Shown: positions 1 to 7,469, counted from the stretch's first letter. The stretch is DNA of 64,000 nucleotides from an uncultured Chloroflexia bacterium (GCA_963835945.1 CAWIHR010000077.1:6792-70791); one strand, 5' to 3'. Numbers and translations are program-made. Notes: generated by a model not told the origin, from the letters alone.

Positions 1-118
1 TACATGCCAGCGACGAACGACGTGATCGTGACAGCATGTCCGATGCCGTCCCGTCGCGTGCAGTCTCACGCTCAGGATGGCGCCTCGGCAGGGCCTCGAG
101 GGGGATGCAGTCCGACCG

Positions 119-352
119 CTACGCTACCGACTCTGCTACCACATGCCCCCTCAGAGCGAGCAGCTCGGGCGGGAACACGACTGAGCCCGGCCGCCCGTGG
201 CAGCGGCCATCGGCGCGCATAACGGTGGCATAAGCGGCGGTGCAGTCCCGGCAGGGCGAGGCGGCGTGGTAGCGACCTGGGCAATGCTCGTTTGCCGCGA
301 TCCAGGCTGCCAGCTCCCTGGCTGTCAGGCAGGGCCACACGCCGTCGACCAT
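119..352 (-). CDS. hypothetical small Cys-rich protein (77 aa)
   Basis: ATG-to-TAG ORF with strongly G/C-biased third codon positions. Contains CPGRYHAASPCRDC. No family recognised. Confidence 0.45.
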   Translation of the reverse strand: MVDGVWPCLTARELAAWIAANEHCPGRYHAASPCRDCTAAYATVMRADGRCHGRPGSVVFPPELLALRGHVVAESVA

Positions 353-373
353 CGGCTCAAGCGTTGCCGCCCC

Positions 374-547
374 CTAGCGCGCCGGACCCGACTTGGAGGG
401 CGCTGCGGGCGGCGCGGGGACCTTCGGCGCAGCCGTCACAGTGCCCGCGTCAGCCGCTGTCCGCCGATGCTCGCGCTCGTGGGCTCGCAGACGCCTAACG
501 GCCTCCCGCTCGGCCTTACGACGGCTCTCTTTCTGTGGGTTGCTCAT
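374..547 (-). CDS. hypothetical basic protein (57 aa, below ORF-track cutoff)
   Basis: Hand translation gives MSNPQKESRRKAEREAVRRLRAHEREHRRTAADAGTVTAAPKVPAPPAAPSKSGPAR. Its ATG overlaps the stop of the upstream gene (ATGA at 544-547). Confidence 0.4.
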   Translation of the reverse strand: MSNPQKESRRKAEREAVRRLRAHEREHRRTAADAGTVTAAPKVPAPPAAPSKSGPAR

Positions 548-1575
548 CCAGCGCGGGCCAGCCCGTCACACAGGACCCGGCCGTCCTTGCGGACGGTCCC
601 CCACTGATCCGGCGGCCACGCCTTCTGTCGCGCCTCGATGATCCAGCGATCCCAGGCCCCGACGAACTTGGCGCGGGCCATCCAGCCCTGCCTCGTCAGC
701 TCCACGCAGACGGCCACGGCGCCCGGCCAGTCGAAGGCGGGCTCGTCCGACGCCGCCATCTCGGCCTGCGCCCGAGCCTCCTGCTCGGGTGTGAGCAGAC
801 GCAGTCCAGCCGGCGAGCTCGTGCTGGCCTGGGTCTTGCTGGGCCGGTTCCTGCTTGCAAAGACCCCCAGGTGCATCGAGATCCCCCACTTGCGACCCGC
901 CCGGCGGGCGGAGGACGTCGCCGGCTGTCCAGAGTCCCGCGCGGGCGCGGGCTGCTCGGACGTGCTGGACGGCCCGGTAAGGCGGGGATCGGACATGCCT
1001 GCCACGAGACCCTGGTCCTGCAGCTCGGATGCGGGGCCGGGCGGCCGGACGTCCGAATGCCACGCGGGCGCAATCCGATCGGGAAGCAGGCGGTTCACGA
1101 GAAGGGTGTCGTACCTGGAAGACACCCGGCCAGCGGGCGAGTCGTAGGCGATGGTCGCCTCGGTGAGCGGGACCATGACCTCTCGCCGATGGAAGAAGCC
1201 GGCGACCGGGTCGGTGCCGGGAAAGGCGTGCAGGTGGCCGCTGACGTCGTAACGCCGGAGCCGGAGCTCCACCGGGTAGGACCGGGTCCGTAGTCGACGC
1301 CGCGGGTTGCCTTGCGGTCCGGTGACCGCCACGGCATACATCTCCTCGCGCAGGACGACCGCCTCGGGGAGCGCCAGCTCATGGCCATCCTCGAGGCTCT
1401 GCGCGGACAGATCGACGAGGGTGAACTGCTCGGCACTATTCAGCAGATCGGTCACGCGATCGGCCGAGAGCGCCACCCGACCGGAGGCCCGGGAGTCATC
1501 CGCGTAGACCGTCAGCTCGACGAGCGGGTCGGGCGAGAGGTACTTGGCTGCGAGGGACTCGATCGCGGTTGCCAT
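544..1575 (-). CDS. hypothetical protein (343 aa) with C-terminal FDWPGAVAVCV domain
   Basis: The ATG at 1575 is preceded by a GGGGAGA RBS, and the longer ORF-track N-terminus is Arg-rich and unlikely. The C-terminal ~70 aa are paralogous to the 84-aa protein at 3400-3654. Confidence 0.6.
   Translation of the reverse strand: MATAIESLAAKYLSPDPLVELTVYADDSRASGRVALSADRVTDLLNSAEQFTLVDLSAQSLEDGHELALPEAVVLREEMYAVAVTGPQGNPRRRLRTRSYPVELRLRRYDVSGHLHAFPGTDPVAGFFHRREVMVPLTEATIAYDSPAGRVSSRYDTLLVNRLLPDRIAPAWHSDVRPPGPASELQDQGLVAGMSDPRLTGPSSTSEQPAPARDSGQPATSSARRAGRKWGISMHLGVFASRNRPSKTQASTSSPAGLRLLTPEQEARAQAEMAASDEPAFDWPGAVAVCVELTRQGWMARAKFVGAWDRWIIEARQKAWPPDQWGTVRKDGRVLCDGLARAG
736..1112. repeat. 377-bp segment, copy 1 (inside CDS 544-1575), identical to 2260-2636
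   Basis: Base-by-base comparison by eye shows no mismatch. Confidence 0.9.
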
Positions 1576-1859
1576 CTCGTCTCCCCTGCTGGCCGAACGG
1601 ATCACGCCGCCTCTCGGAGCCAGGCCCTGCACCCCGCGGCGACAGCATCGACTGTGCGCCCCGACCCCCCGAGCCCGCAATCGTCAGGACTGCGTAGGCC
1701 CCGATGCTCTCGGCTCGCGGCCGGCACAGCTTCCGCCTAACGCGTTCGCAGCGCCTCCGCCAGCTCCCAGAGCATCTCGGCCTCGGTCCCCCCGCGCGAG
1801 TCCACCGCAAGCCGGGTCGCGAACCGGCGCAGGTGCCCCGCGTAGAACGCCGACGCGGC

Positions 1860-2150
1860 TCAGAGCCGTTCCTCGGAGTGCCACTGCGGGCGGGTGGCCT
1901 CCCAGCCCGGCAGGCGCTCAAGGGCTGCGAGCACGGCTTCCCAAGCCTCGCTCCGTTGGCTCATGGTGTGGGAGCCTAGAACGAACGGACTCGTCGCTGC
2001 ACGCCGCGCGGGCCCCACCGCCCTCGCATCACTGGCGGCACGACTACCGCCGAGAGGGGTGCGGGACGAGGGATGGTCCCGCCTCTGGCCGCTCACGCGA
2101 AGGAGGCCCGCCTCGGCGGGCCTCCCGTTGCCGGGTCTGCCCGATCCCAT
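1860..2150 (-). CDS. hypothetical small protein (start uncertain: 2150 or internal ATG at 1964)
   Basis: ORF-track frame. The C-terminal part reads MSQRSEAWEAVLAALERLPGWEATRPQWHSEERL. An in-frame TGA separates it from a downstream TEAE-type tail. Confidence 0.3.
   Translation of the reverse strand: MGSGRPGNGRPAEAGLLRVSGQRRDHPSSRTPLGGSRAASDARAVGPARRAATSPFVLGSHTMSQRSEAWEAVLAALERLPGWEATRPQWHSEERL
2102..2125 (-). terminator. GC-rich hairpin (11-bp arms GGAGGCCCGCC/GGCGGGCCTCC)
   Basis: Perfect inverted repeat followed by a weak TTCGCG tail on the minus strand. It lies between cassette copy A and the next ORF. Confidence 0.35.
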
Positions 2151-2154
2151 CCCC

Positions 2155-2264
2155 GCGGGTCGGTCTCGTCATTTTCCGGCGGCCGGTGTATGGGCCGCGC
2201 GTCAGAGCCCCCCGCGTAATGGGCCGATTATCCCACCCAGCCTCGATGCCACCCGAACTGGCGG
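2155..2264 (-). promoter_or_regulatory. leader/promoter cassette copy A
   Basis: Minus strand carries TGGGATAAT (2235-2227), a conserved hairpin and GACGAGACCGACCCGC. Differs from copy B by one substitution and a 9-nt indel. Confidence 0.6.
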
Positions 2265-2636
2265 GCTCGTCCGACGCCGCCATCTCGGCCTGCGCCCGAG
2301 CCTCCTGCTCGGGTGTGAGCAGACGCAGTCCAGCCGGCGAGCTCGTGCTGGCCTGGGTCTTGCTGGGCCGGTTCCTGCTTGCAAAGACCCCCAGGTGCAT
2401 CGAGATCCCCCACTTGCGACCCGCCCGGCGGGCGGAGGACGTCGCCGGCTGTCCAGAGTCCCGCGCGGGCGCGGGCTGCTCGGACGTGCTGGACGGCCCG
2501 GTAAGGCGGGGATCGGACATGCCTGCCACGAGACCCTGGTCCTGCAGCTCGGATGCGGGGCCGGGCGGCCGGACGTCCGAATGCCACGCGGGCGCAATCC
2601 GATCGGGAAGCAGGCGGTTCACGAGAAGGGTGTCGT
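2260..2636. repeat. 377-bp segment, copy 2, bracketed by cassette copies A and B
   Basis: Identical to 736-1112. Out of its original gene context, so it represents a gene fragment. Confidence 0.9.
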
Positions 2637-2637
2637 C

Positions 2638-2756
2638 GCGGGTCGGTCTCGTCATTGAGGCGCGGTTCCGGCGGCCGGTGTATGGGCCGCGCGTCAGAGC
2701 CCCCCGCGTAATGGGCCGATTATCCCACCCGGCCTCGATGCCACCCGAACTGGCGG
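2638..2756 (-). promoter_or_regulatory. leader/promoter cassette copy B
   Basis: Same blocks as copy A, with TGGGATAAT at 2727-2719. Confidence 0.6.
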
Positions 2757-2957
2757 CGGATTGGCCGCAGCCACCGAACCGACGCCACCGCCCGCTTGCG
2801 TCGCGGACTCCTGGCGGGCGCGCTCGTACGCTCGCCTCGCCTGCGCCGCCCGCCGTTCCGCCTCCTCCACCTCGACGTGGCGGAGGAGCCACAGGTCCCG
2901 TTCCGCGTCGCGCCAGTCCTCGAGCAGGTCAGCGAGGCGCTGCTCGGGTGTCGACAT
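2694..2957 (-). CDS. hypothetical coiled-coil protein (87 aa)
   Basis: ATG preceded by a GGGGAGGG RBS. Sequence begins MSTPEQRLADLLEDWRDAERDLWLLRHVEVEEAERRAAQARRAYERARQE. The 3' end runs into cassette B. Confidence 0.5.
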   Translation of the reverse strand: MSTPEQRLADLLEDWRDAERDLWLLRHVEVEEAERRAAQARRAYERARQESATQAGGGVGSVAAANPPPVRVASRPGGIIGPLRGGL

Positions 2958-3399
2958 CGCCGCCCTCCCCTGTGGCTTCCTCCGCCCACAAGCGTGCGAA
3001 TAGAGGCCAGCGCCTGCAATAGGTAGCTGGGACTATTGGTGTACGGCGGCACCACTTTCGTACTAGGGGGAGGAGGGCGCGAACGGAGCCCGCCCGTCCG
3101 GGGCGCGGAGCGGGGCCAGGACGGAGGCTGGACGGCGGCGCCTACCCTGCGCTTACGGCCGGCCGTTGTAGGTGCGCGCGAGGGCGGGCCGCCGGCGCGG
3201 GTACTGGCCGGTGGACTTCTTTCCTTTCAGGCCGCGGCGCGGTGCCGCCGCTCGTATCGGCCGTCTGCCGCCAGGGTGCCGACGACAGGCGGAACGGACG
3301 GCCGTGGGTGAGCGGTCCGGCCGCCAGAAGGAGCGACGACAGCCTGGACCGCGGGACGAGGGAGAGGTCAGCGCGACGGTCGCCGCGCCTGCGGCACCG

Positions 3400-3654
3400 T
3401 CAGCGGACGTGGCCGTCCATGCGGAGGGTCTTCCACTCATCCAACGGCAACCGCTTGTGCCGCGCCTCCACGGCCCAGCGATCCCCGGGCCCGACCAGCC
3501 GCGTGTGGGCCAGCCAGCCGCGCTTCGTCAGGGTGACGCAGACGGCCACGGCGCCTGGCCAGTCGAAGGTGGCCACGTCTGACGGTTCGGTCTCTACCTG
3601 CGCCCGCGCCTCCGGTTCGGATGGCGGCGATCGCATCCCAGCAGTCGGGCTCAT
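3400..3654 (-). CDS. hypothetical protein (84 aa), stand-alone FDWPGAVAVCV domain
   Basis: ATG at 3654 is preceded by AAGAGGAGA and the spacer TCGGATCGGC. Paralogous to the C-terminus of CDS 544-1575. About 105 nt downstream of the -10-like box of cassette C. Confidence 0.6.
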   Translation of the reverse strand: MSPTAGMRSPPSEPEARAQVETEPSDVATFDWPGAVAVCVTLTKRGWLAHTRLVGPGDRWAVEARHKRLPLDEWKTLRMDGHVR

Positions 3655-3686
3655 GCCGATCCGATCTCCTCTTGGGACGCGTCCCT

Positions 3687-3811
3687 GCGGGTCGGTCTCG
3701 CCAGCGGCTCGGCGCGGTCCGGGCGGCACGTATGTGGGCCGCGTGTCAGAGCCCCCCGTACGCGTCCATTGTCCCACCGGGGTCGATGCGCCCGACGCGC
3801 TCGGCTCGCGG
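3687..3811 (-). promoter_or_regulatory. leader/promoter cassette copy C
   Basis: Carries TGGGACAAT (3776-3768), the conserved hairpin and GGCGAGACCGACCCGC. Closely related to copy D. Confidence 0.6.
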
Positions 3812-3828
3812 CGGCCAAGGACGGGCAC

Positions 3829-4059
3829 TTACCAGCGCCGCAGCGCCTCCACCAGCTCCCGCAGCGCCTCGGCCTCGGTCATGCCCCGCGGCACGCCTGC
3901 AATCCGTCCAGCAAGGTCGGCGGCACAGGCTCCCTGCGCGTGCTCGACGCTCCCCGGAGTTCGAGGGCGACAGGCAGGGAGCCCAGACCGTGAGAGGTCC
4001 GGGCTCCCCTTGATGCCGGGGCGGCAACCGTCGCGAGGCGGCTCTGTCGGACAAGGCAA
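3829..4059 (-). CDS. small ORF ending ..GVPRGMTEAEALRELVEALRRW (start uncertain); weak HicB/UPF0150-like flavour
   Basis: TTG-initiated ORF in the track. Its tail is paralogous to ..SRGGTEAEMLWELAEALRTR at about 1741-1859. The start overlaps a terminator hairpin, so the true start is probably internal. Confidence 0.25.
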   Translation of the reverse strand: MPCPTEPPRDGCRPGIKGSPDLSRSGLPACRPRTPGSVEHAQGACAADLAGRIAGVPRGMTEAEALRELVEALRRW

Positions 4060-4090
4060 GCCGCCCGGGGTGTTCTCCAGGCGGCTTGCC
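4055..4090 (-). terminator. hairpin terminator candidate after the beta-helix gene
   Basis: Perfect 11-bp arms GGCAAGCCGCC/GGCGGCTTGCC with a 14-nt loop. Sits 22 nt after the stop at 4112 and is followed by TTGT on the minus strand. Confidence 0.5.
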
Positions 4091-4111
4091 AGTTGCAGAA
4101 CGAAGCTCAGG

Positions 4112-5677
4112 TTAAGGATGTAGTCGCGGCAGCTTGAGCCTGCCGATGGAAGAGGCTGGACTCACATTGGGGGTGACGCCGGACGTTGCCGCCGACGTGG
4201 GCGCGGGCGCACACCCGATCACCGTGTTGCCGGTGCCCTGATTGAGGGCCGTGTCGTTGGGACTGGCGCATATCAGGGTGTTCTTGGTTGTGTACGGGTC
4301 GAGGATGTACTGGGCAACCGGGGCAACGCCGATGTAGCTCGGGTCGAGCGCGACGCCGCTGACGTTGTTGCCGAAGATCGAGTTGCCCGTGGCGGGCAGC
4401 CACGCCGGGAGGTTGCCCCACAGGCTGATGGCGTCATACGTCCCGGTCGGTGTCGCGGTGATGGTGTTCCCCGAGATCGTGCTGCCCGTGATGTTGTTGG
4501 CGTCGATCCCCTCTTTGAAGTCACCGCTTGCAAGGCCCAGGACGTAGTTGCCCGGGAGCGAGATCGTGTTGCGCGTGATCGTGGCCGTGAACCACTGGGG
4601 GCCGGGGTTGGGCGGAGAAGGCACGTTCGCGGGATACGCGTCCCAGTCGTACAGCAGCATGCCTGCCATGTAGCAGCCGCAGGTGTCTGTGACGAGGATG
4701 GCATTGTCGTGGATGGAGAACTGCGAGAGGCCGTGCTCCAGGCCCGCGAAGTTCGACGGCTCCACCCACACGCCGATATGGTTTTGCCGAATGGTGCTGG
4801 GGTTGTCCGCGGCGACGGTGTTGTCCGAGACGTCGAAGGTCGAGTTCGCCGCGCCGAGGTCGATGCCGAAGTCGACGTTGTCGATCTGGTTCCCGCTGAT
4901 CGTGACCTGGCTCGACGTGATCGCGCCCGACACGACCACGGCGTCATAGATGGTCTGCACGGAGCTGTTGCGGACCGTGAACGACCCGCTCCGGGGGATG
5001 TACGTCGTGCTCGGGCCTTGTAGGGTGTTCGGGAAGTACCCGTCGAAGACGATCCCTTCGAGGACGTTGAAGCCCGTGCCCAGGATGTTCGTCGGCGAGG
5101 TATCGGGACGGCCAGTCACGCTGACCCGGTCGACCGAGGCGTTGCCGGTGCCGTCAGACGTGAAGCCCATGGCGTAGCCCAGGCCGTTCGTCGGCTGCTC
5201 GCCGAAGATCCAGGTCTTCGCCGCGTGGCCGTTCGTCCAGGGGAAGTCGAGGGAGAGATCGGAGACCTCGACATTGCCGTCGACGAAGGTGATGAGAACG
5301 GACCACCGGCAGTTGGTGAAATTGGGCGCGCATTCACCCTGCGTGAAGAAGTCCGACTCGGTGACGAGCAGATCGGGCAGGGCCGCGATGGTCGTGCGGG
5401 ACTCGCCCATGCCTCGGAACGTCCCCTGGAAGTTGTACTCGACGAGCTGGCTGGTGTGGTAGGTCCCGTCCTGTAACTGGACGGTGCAGCGCGGGCTGCC
5501 GTAGTGCGCGCAGTAGTCCAGGCCTGCCTGGATGGCGGCCGTGTCGTTCGAGTTCGGCCCCAATTGGGGCGGCGGCACCAGATACGTCGAACCGAACGGC
5601 AACGCCATGACGGCCGCCGGTGCCGCCAGCGAGGCGGCCAGCATCCCGGCGGTCAGAAACACGAGGATGCGTCTCAC
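4112..5677 (-). CDS. secreted right-handed parallel beta-helix (pectate-lyase-fold) protein, 521 aa
   Basis: GTG at 5677 follows GGGGAGGGG plus 7 nt. N-terminus MRRILVFLTAGMLAASLAAPAAVMALP looks like a signal peptide. PbH1-like repeats are present (ISGNQIDN, ISGNTITA, IFGNNVSG). GC is lower than in neighbouring genes. Confidence 0.8.
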   Translation of the reverse strand: MRRILVFLTAGMLAASLAAPAAVMALPFGSTYLVPPPQLGPNSNDTAAIQAGLDYCAHYGSPRCTVQLQDGTYHTSQLVEYNFQGTFRGMGESRTTIAALPDLLVTESDFFTQGECAPNFTNCRWSVLITFVDGNVEVSDLSLDFPWTNGHAAKTWIFGEQPTNGLGYAMGFTSDGTGNASVDRVSVTGRPDTSPTNILGTGFNVLEGIVFDGYFPNTLQGPSTTYIPRSGSFTVRNSSVQTIYDAVVVSGAITSSQVTISGNQIDNVDFGIDLGAANSTFDVSDNTVAADNPSTIRQNHIGVWVEPSNFAGLEHGLSQFSIHDNAILVTDTCGCYMAGMLLYDWDAYPANVPSPPNPGPQWFTATITRNTISLPGNYVLGLASGDFKEGIDANNITGSTISGNTITATPTGTYDAISLWGNLPAWLPATGNSIFGNNVSGVALDPSYIGVAPVAQYILDPYTTKNTLICASPNDTALNQGTGNTVIGCAPAPTSAATSGVTPNVSPASSIGRLKLPRLHP

Positions 5678-5706
5678 GATCCGACCCCTCCCCACAGATG
5701 TGATCT

Positions 5707-5802
5707 GCGGGTCGGTCTCGCCAGTGGCTCGGCGCGGTCCCGGCGGCACGTATGTGGGCCGCGTGTCATGGCTCCCCGTATGGGCAGATTGTCCCACCGG
5801 GC
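5707..5802 (-). promoter_or_regulatory. leader/promoter cassette copy D
   Basis: Carries TGGGACAAT (5796-5788), the conserved hairpin (5743-5762) and GGCGAGACCGACCCGC. Directly upstream of the beta-helix gene. Confidence 0.6.
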
Positions 5803-5975
5803 GGAAGCGACTCAGGGGCGCCGTCGGCCTGCCGGGGAGCCGAACACGGGGAGCCCGGACTCCCCGGGCAGGCACCCCGAACATGCCGCCCCCATGCAGA
5901 CGGTGTCAGTGATGAAGGTTACTCAGCAGCCATCTACTGCGGCGCGCATCTCCGGGACCTCACGCGGCCGGCAGG

Positions 5976-6569
5976 TTAGGCGGCAGAGCGGTGGCGCCCG
6001 GCCAGGGGCTCGAGCTTGCCGTCAGGGGTCAGCGTGCCGACCACGGGCGGCGCAGGCGACGGGATGCGGTCTCCGTGGGCGTCATAGACCGGGCCGTGCA
6101 GACTGCCGGCGGCGTAGACGGGCGCGTACCCGGCGATCACGTCCCGCATGGCCCCGCGAAGGTGCGGCAGAGGCGGGGAGTCGTCGGCCCGAGTTGCAGT
6201 CGGCGTCGGTGCCTCGATAAGGGCCGTTAGTGAGTCCGTTTCACGCACGAACTCCGGCGACTTGTCCTCGCAGTGGTCTCCCAGTGCCTGTTCGCCGTAA
6301 GTGGGGTCTATCAGCGTCATGTCGCGCTCCCTGCGGCGGCGTTCGCGCTGCGCCCCCGACCGGCGGGCGCGCTCTTCCGCGCGACGGTCGGCCTCCCGGG
6401 CGCGGGCGATGGTCGCGGCGGCCTCGGTGCCAGCCAAGTGGCCGCATCCCGGCCGGTGCCCCTCGCCCCGGCATCGCTGGCGGGTCTCGTCTCGCCCAAG
6501 ATGCGCGCAACCCTCGCGGTGGCGATCGCCTCGGCATCTTCGGCGCCCGGGTTCGATGATCGGGGTCAC
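5976..6569 (-). CDS. hypothetical protein with tandem Cys/His knuckle repeat (197 aa)
   Basis: ATGA overlap with the upstream gene. Two repeats: CRGDRHREGCAHL and CRGEGHRPGCGHL. Confidence 0.55.
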   Translation of the reverse strand: MTPIIEPGRRRCRGDRHREGCAHLGRDETRQRCRGEGHRPGCGHLAGTEAAATIARAREADRRAEERARRSGAQRERRRRERDMTLIDPTYGEQALGDHCEDKSPEFVRETDSLTALIEAPTPTATRADDSPPLPHLRGAMRDVIAGYAPVYAAGSLHGPVYDAHGDRIPSPAPPVVGTLTPDGKLEPLAGRHRSAA

Positions 6570-6886
6570 GCTCGGCCGCCTTGCGCGAGGCTGTGCGCGG
6601 AGCAGGCGAACCCCCGCAGGCCGTAGGCGCGGACCACGGCGGAGCAGTAGTGGCAGCAGTACCTTTGATCCTTCCGGCCGGGGACGAAGGACGCGGTGCA
6701 GCCGGCGCAGGCACGCGGGCCGTAGTGGACGCGACGGGCAGCGTTGAGGGCGTCACGGTTGCGGGCCCGCCATGCGCGGTTAGCCCCGATCGGGTCAGGC
6801 GGCGAGCAGGTCAGGCAGTACTGGCGGGGCTTGCCGGTCTGCCTCGGACGCTCAAACGCGACGCCACAGGCCGGACAGGTCGTCAT
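6566..6886 (-). CDS. zinc-ribbon protein (106 aa)
   Basis: Begins MTTCPACG and continues with ..YCLTC..CAGC..YCCHYC Cys clusters. The ORF-track N-terminal extension crosses an AT-richer intergenic region and was rejected. Confidence 0.55.
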   Translation of the reverse strand: MTTCPACGVAFERPRQTGKPRQYCLTCSPPDPIGANRAWRARNRDALNAARRVHYGPRACAGCTASFVPGRKDQRYCCHYCSAVVRAYGLRGFACSAHSLAQGGRA

Positions 6887-7001
6887 CGCGGGCCACCGTT
6901 GCTCGCGCAGGGAACGAAAGACTCGCTCGCCGAAAACTGCGTCACGGTCTGGCGCGTTTTCGATTTGCCGCTTTTGGTTTGAACTCGGACGGCCCGCAAC
7001 C

Positions 7002-7469
7002 TCACCGCGCTCGACCTCCCGGCCCGCGGCCGTTGCCGCCAGCCCATGGCCGCTCCGCTTGCAGCTCGCGGAACGCCGCGGCCCGGCTGAGCTCCTGCCG
7101 GAGCGGTGAGCCGTCAGGCAACACGAGCGCCGCGGCGGCGAGCACATCGGCCTTGCCGACCTCTCGGGTGTCCCGCGCGAGCGGCTGCACCTCTTCGAGC
7201 CGGAGCGGCACATACGCGCCAGTCGTGCGGTCGACGTAGCCGTACTGCATCGGCGTGGTCGCCTGCGCGCCCTCGATCTTTGCGACCGTGCGATAGAGCG
7301 CCTCCATGCGGGCCGCGTAGGCATCGGCGACCGGTGCGAGCGCCTCATTGATCGCCGGGCCGATCTTTGCGACGGTGCGCCGCACATCGACCGGCGGCGA
7401 CTGCATCTTCGCGGCGCGACCGCGCAGCATGGCCTCAGCGATGATCCGCTCGGCCCGCTTGCGCTTCAC
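7002..7469 (-). CDS. hypothetical protein (155 aa)
   Basis: GTG at 7469 overlaps the upstream stop (GTGA), with GAGGAGG 7 nt upstream. High GC3. Confidence 0.55.
   Translation of the reverse strand: MKRKRAERIIAEAMLRGRAAKMQSPPVDVRRTVAKIGPAINEALAPVADAYAARMEALYRTVAKIEGAQATTPMQYGYVDRTTGAYVPLRLEEVQPLARDTREVGKADVLAAAALVLPDGSPLRQELSRAAAFRELQAERPWAGGNGRGPGGRAR

Noticed and set aside
1544-3022. 492-aa plus-strand ORF and other long Arg/Pro/Ala-rich ORFs (for example 16221-18452, 20545-22092, 29635-31128, 46605-48038)
   Set aside because: They run antisense or out of frame to genes with clear homology. Their Arg/Pro/Gly-rich composition is typical of open non-coding frames in ~70% GC DNA, and they show no motifs.
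2958-3399. Possible gene in the gap after the 84-aa protein (for example ORF 3153-3440)
   Set aside because: All three minus-strand frames have similar GC3 and none gives a convincing sequence or start/RBS. The region is left unannotated.
2155-5802. Repeated ~110-nt elements as a possible CRISPR array
   Set aside because: The repeats are far longer than CRISPR repeats, number only four, and are irregularly spaced at 0.4-2 kb. The intervening segments contain genes, and no cas genes are present.
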